Below are positions 60,825 through 64,000 of a stretch of DNA of 64,000 bases, in pieces; positions within the stretch are counted from its first letter, which is position 1; every line of letters begins with the position of its first letter. The notes below the pieces were generated by a model that was given only the letters and a program-made list of their open reading frames with translations, had not been told where the DNA came from and did no database searches. Source of the stretch: Pristiophorus japonicus (taxonomy: Eukaryota); contig NC_091992.1 in assembly GCF_044704955.1 (NCBI RefSeq), positions 117,676,001-117,740,000 on the forward strand, written 5' to 3'. The position numbers were made by a program, and so were the translations under genes.

Positions 60825-61499
60825 CCACTGCTTCACTTGGAAGTCCACTCCATACATTTACCAGCCACTGTGTATGGTAACTCAATCAAATTGTCTTTTC
60901 ACTCTCCGTCTTTTAAATTTGAGGCAATGCCCTCTTGTTGTAAAGTCTGCGACCATGTTAAATATATTGATATTTATCCTGTCTATATCCTTTAGGATCT
61001 TGACTACTTTCATAGGCTCATCCCTGAGCTTTCTCTCCAACTAGAAGCTTAAAGAATTAAGTAATCCCAGATACATTAGAGTATTAATCCAGTGAAAAAT
61101 ATACTGCCGTGGTTATCACTGACAACACTTGCATCTCATTGCCTTTTCATTCAATCTGTATTGAACCTTGGCTTTTCCGAAGTGTTTCAAACTACATTTG
61201 TACTTGCTCTTTCCATTTACTTCACTCCAATGTATTAAAAATATTTCCTCGCTTACATCCTTTTCCTCGTATATAGCAATAACCTTTTGACACTTGCTGT
61301 CATTCTTTGTGTGAGCCAATGTGCTGAGAGTATGCAGCCTATTTAAGCATGGGGGGCCATTACAGATGCATATTTGCCAGCAGGATCCTCCAGATAGTGA
61401 TCAGAAGAAACAATCCTGTCTGATAATACCCATCATGGGCTCAAAGATTCTGAGAATACAACTATAGTTGCTCTGGCGGCAGGGTGGCCGGTGGGGGGG

Positions 61500-61602
61500 T
61501 CAGTTAGCACGGGGTGGAGAAGGGATCAAATCTGGGATCTTCCTGGCCTGTACAGCTAAGCACCACACTCTCAAATACATTTACTCATTCAGCCATTGGG
61601 AG
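61500..61602 (-). mobile_element. Old tRNA-like SINE head (related fragment at ~12900-12975)
   Basis: Shared CTGGGATCTT(C/T)C(A)TGGCCTGTA block; decayed A/B-box-like spacing on the minus strand. Confidence 0.35.
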
Positions 61603-63300
61603 AGCTACCTGCACTGAAAATACACAACTGCAACGTTACTCCAGGGGTACAAAACACTGCTGAAGAATTGTTTCAGTTCATGTGATCAGAACAGGAATTG
61701 TTCCTGCATTGATTTCACTCGTATTAAAAAGCAAACTTCTCTCTTAACTCAGATGAAAAATTTACCAGATGATAGCTTGTTGTTTTTCTTCTGCTGACAG
61801 GTTTCTTGTCTCTTCCGTACTCTTTTGTGGAAGGATAATATATTGAGACCAAAAGAACTGCAAGGCAACATTGGCAGTGTGGTACTGATAAGTTATCTGT
61901 AACCTTTACTATATAATACATGCATTAGCAGATCTCCCACGACATTGCTTATAAGTTGGGAGGATACGATGTTTTATATTATGTAATATGAAATATATTA
62001 TCAGAGCAATTGGCTTACAGATGTTTTATGGGATTTTCAGCAATACTTTTGCTATTGAATTAAATGGTTGTCAGTATCTTTGTGGAAGTTGTAAATCAGT
62101 GGCTTAGATGATTACATGTTTGTTTAGCTTACATACTTAGTGTTAGGTCTTACCTCTTTGTAAAACAAAGCTCAGGGTACACAGAAAGATGGTAGGCAAG
62201 ATGTTGCAGGTTACAGGTAGATAGGAGATGTGTAGAGAGTGGTGAGGGTCATGTGGTTTAATCATGCTAGGAACATGGTCCCGACCTCTGAAGGGGAGGT
62301 GGAAGGGGAGGAGGTGGACTGTGGGTATACCAAGTGTTACATTTTTGCATATCACTCAGATGTTTCTCTTGCATTCGCTACTGAAGACCACTCTGGTAAA
62401 GGGGCCCTCTCTCCTTAGTCACTGGACTGCGACTTCATATGCACAATATCTGATGATGCAGCATGCACAGTAATTGACAGCAACCCTTGTACTGAATTTA
62501 GTTTACATGGTGTGTCGTGCGCCACCTCAGACAGGATTCCGCCTAGACTTTGGAAAGAGATAGAATGAACACTCGATCACACCATTGTTTAGTTTATGAA
62601 CTATTTATAAAATTAGTTCTACACTATTTACTGTGCCATAATACTGTGTAATAAAAATGCAATTTAGTGTACTCAGCCATGAGAAGTTAGTCACCCTGAC
62701 ACTATATTGTTCATTGCAATGTGAGCAATGCCATGGGAAACCTACTACATATAAAACAGATTAATCGGAGGGGACTGTAATGTGCTATTGTGACTGCGCT
62801 GTAATTGTACAATGGTGAATAATTTCTGATGGATCTCAAATCACCCAGAACCACTTTGCATAATTTGCTGCATTTAACCCTTACTGTTATCTCCATTTCT
62901 GCACCCTCCCCAACAAAAAAAAATCTTCATTATTACAGTGATGTTCTGGGATTATAATTCTAGTTATGGCTAGTTATGTTGAGATATAAAATGAGATGGG
63001 ATTGTAAAAGTAATTGCAATATTTAATATAGATGCATTTGTGAGAATTACAGTGATTAGAAGTACAAATGATGGAAAGATACAGTTTCCATCTTCTGTGA
63101 GCTTTGCCAACTAGAATGAAGCAAATGGCTTGAAAATTGCTCTCCAGATATCTGGAGGAACACCGAAGTGTATCGACCAGAATCCAAGCCAGTTTTCTGC
63201 CGACAGTGCTAATTGTGTCTTTAATGAGCAATTGTACAACGAATTGCAAGAGAAAATTTGGAGTGCTGCACTCTCCAGTTGCCAGTGTAATTGGAACAGA

Positions 63301-63316
63301 TGTGTGTGTGTGTGTG
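63301..63316. repeat. (TG)8 microsatellite
   Basis: Direct reading. Confidence 0.9.
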
Positions 63317-63894
63317 TTTTTGTGGTATTTTTGTTGAAGTTCGGTTAAAGTTGCTGAAATCTGTATAATTTATTCAGCAGCCCTTTTCATCAGTGTTAAA
63401 CAACATACCCTTGTGCGATTGTCTTTATTAATCTCAAAAGGCAGAATTCACGTGTTATCTTTGACACCTGCAGGCTGTCTGGAACCCTTTTTATTGTCCT
63501 TCATACTTGAACGATCCTGTTGTTTGGGTGAATTATCTGTCCCCTTTTGGAATGTGTGTGTGTGGGTGGATAGAAAATGGTAATGTCACTCACATAATGC
63601 GTAGGTGGGTTTGCAGTGGACTTCACTGATATGTTTTTCTGTAGAATGATGTTGCAGCTTGTTTTAACTCCTCAACTTGCATGATCATGTTCAGTTGAAT
63701 TGCTGGAAAAAATTAATTGGACTGTTCAAAGCTTAAACAAGAAAGACATTCTAAACATTACTGCTGACTTATCCATTTTCGTGTTGTGGTTCATCGATAC
63801 ATCTGTGCATATTTGCAAGTTAAATATCTTGGGGATGAAATTGGTCTTGGATGATAGCACAAAATGGCCATGAGCAAATCAGCCAGCCCATCAG

Positions 63895-64000
63895 CTTGCA
63901 GGGAACATTAAAATGGACTGCAAAAGCTTCTGTAGATATGTAAAGAGAAAACGGTTCGTAAAGACAAACGTAGGTCCCCTGCAGTCAGAATCAGGGGAAG
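63895..64000 (+). mobile_element. CR1 ORF2 fragment running off the window
   Basis: GNIKMDCKSFCRYVKRKRFVKTNVGPLQSESGE, the typical CR1 endonuclease-RT linker. Confidence 0.8.

Noticed and set aside
1-64000. Prokaryotic systems (operons, CRISPR, rRNA, defence islands)
   Set aside because: Low coding density and vertebrate LINE/SINE content throughout; none seen.

Overview
Eukaryotic, repeat-dense vertebrate DNA, most likely from a cartilaginous fish (shark). This is inferred from the repeat set: CR1/HER1-like LINEs with (CATAGAAA)n or (ATGTTCTT/C)n tails, RTE LINEs, L2, SacSINE1-like Deu-domain SINEs and Penelope-like terminal fragments. I recognise no intact host protein-coding gene. Nearly every ORF with a recognisable product is a transposon pseudogene fragment, so the window looks intronic or intergenic. 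The most informative structures are: (i) a fossil two-gene PIF/Harbinger transposon (17504-21976) with convergent transposase and Myb/SANT genes, broken by four later insertions and accompanied by several Harbinger-like MITEs; (ii) an RTE copy with a twin-priming 5' inversion and a 43-bp target-site duplication (TSD); (iii) two internally deleted, bipartite RTE derivatives with different 5' heads; (iv) a CR1 ORF1-only segment joined to a composite CR1 3' end; (v) three solo LTRs with 5-bp TSDs, two carrying CTCF-like motifs; (vi) decayed hammerhead-ribozyme cores in Penelope-like ends; (vii) an unexplained ~75-nt hairpin and a few candidate host exons and conserved non-coding blocks. All family names come from motif recognition by eye, not database searches. 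Boundaries of old repeats are approximate.
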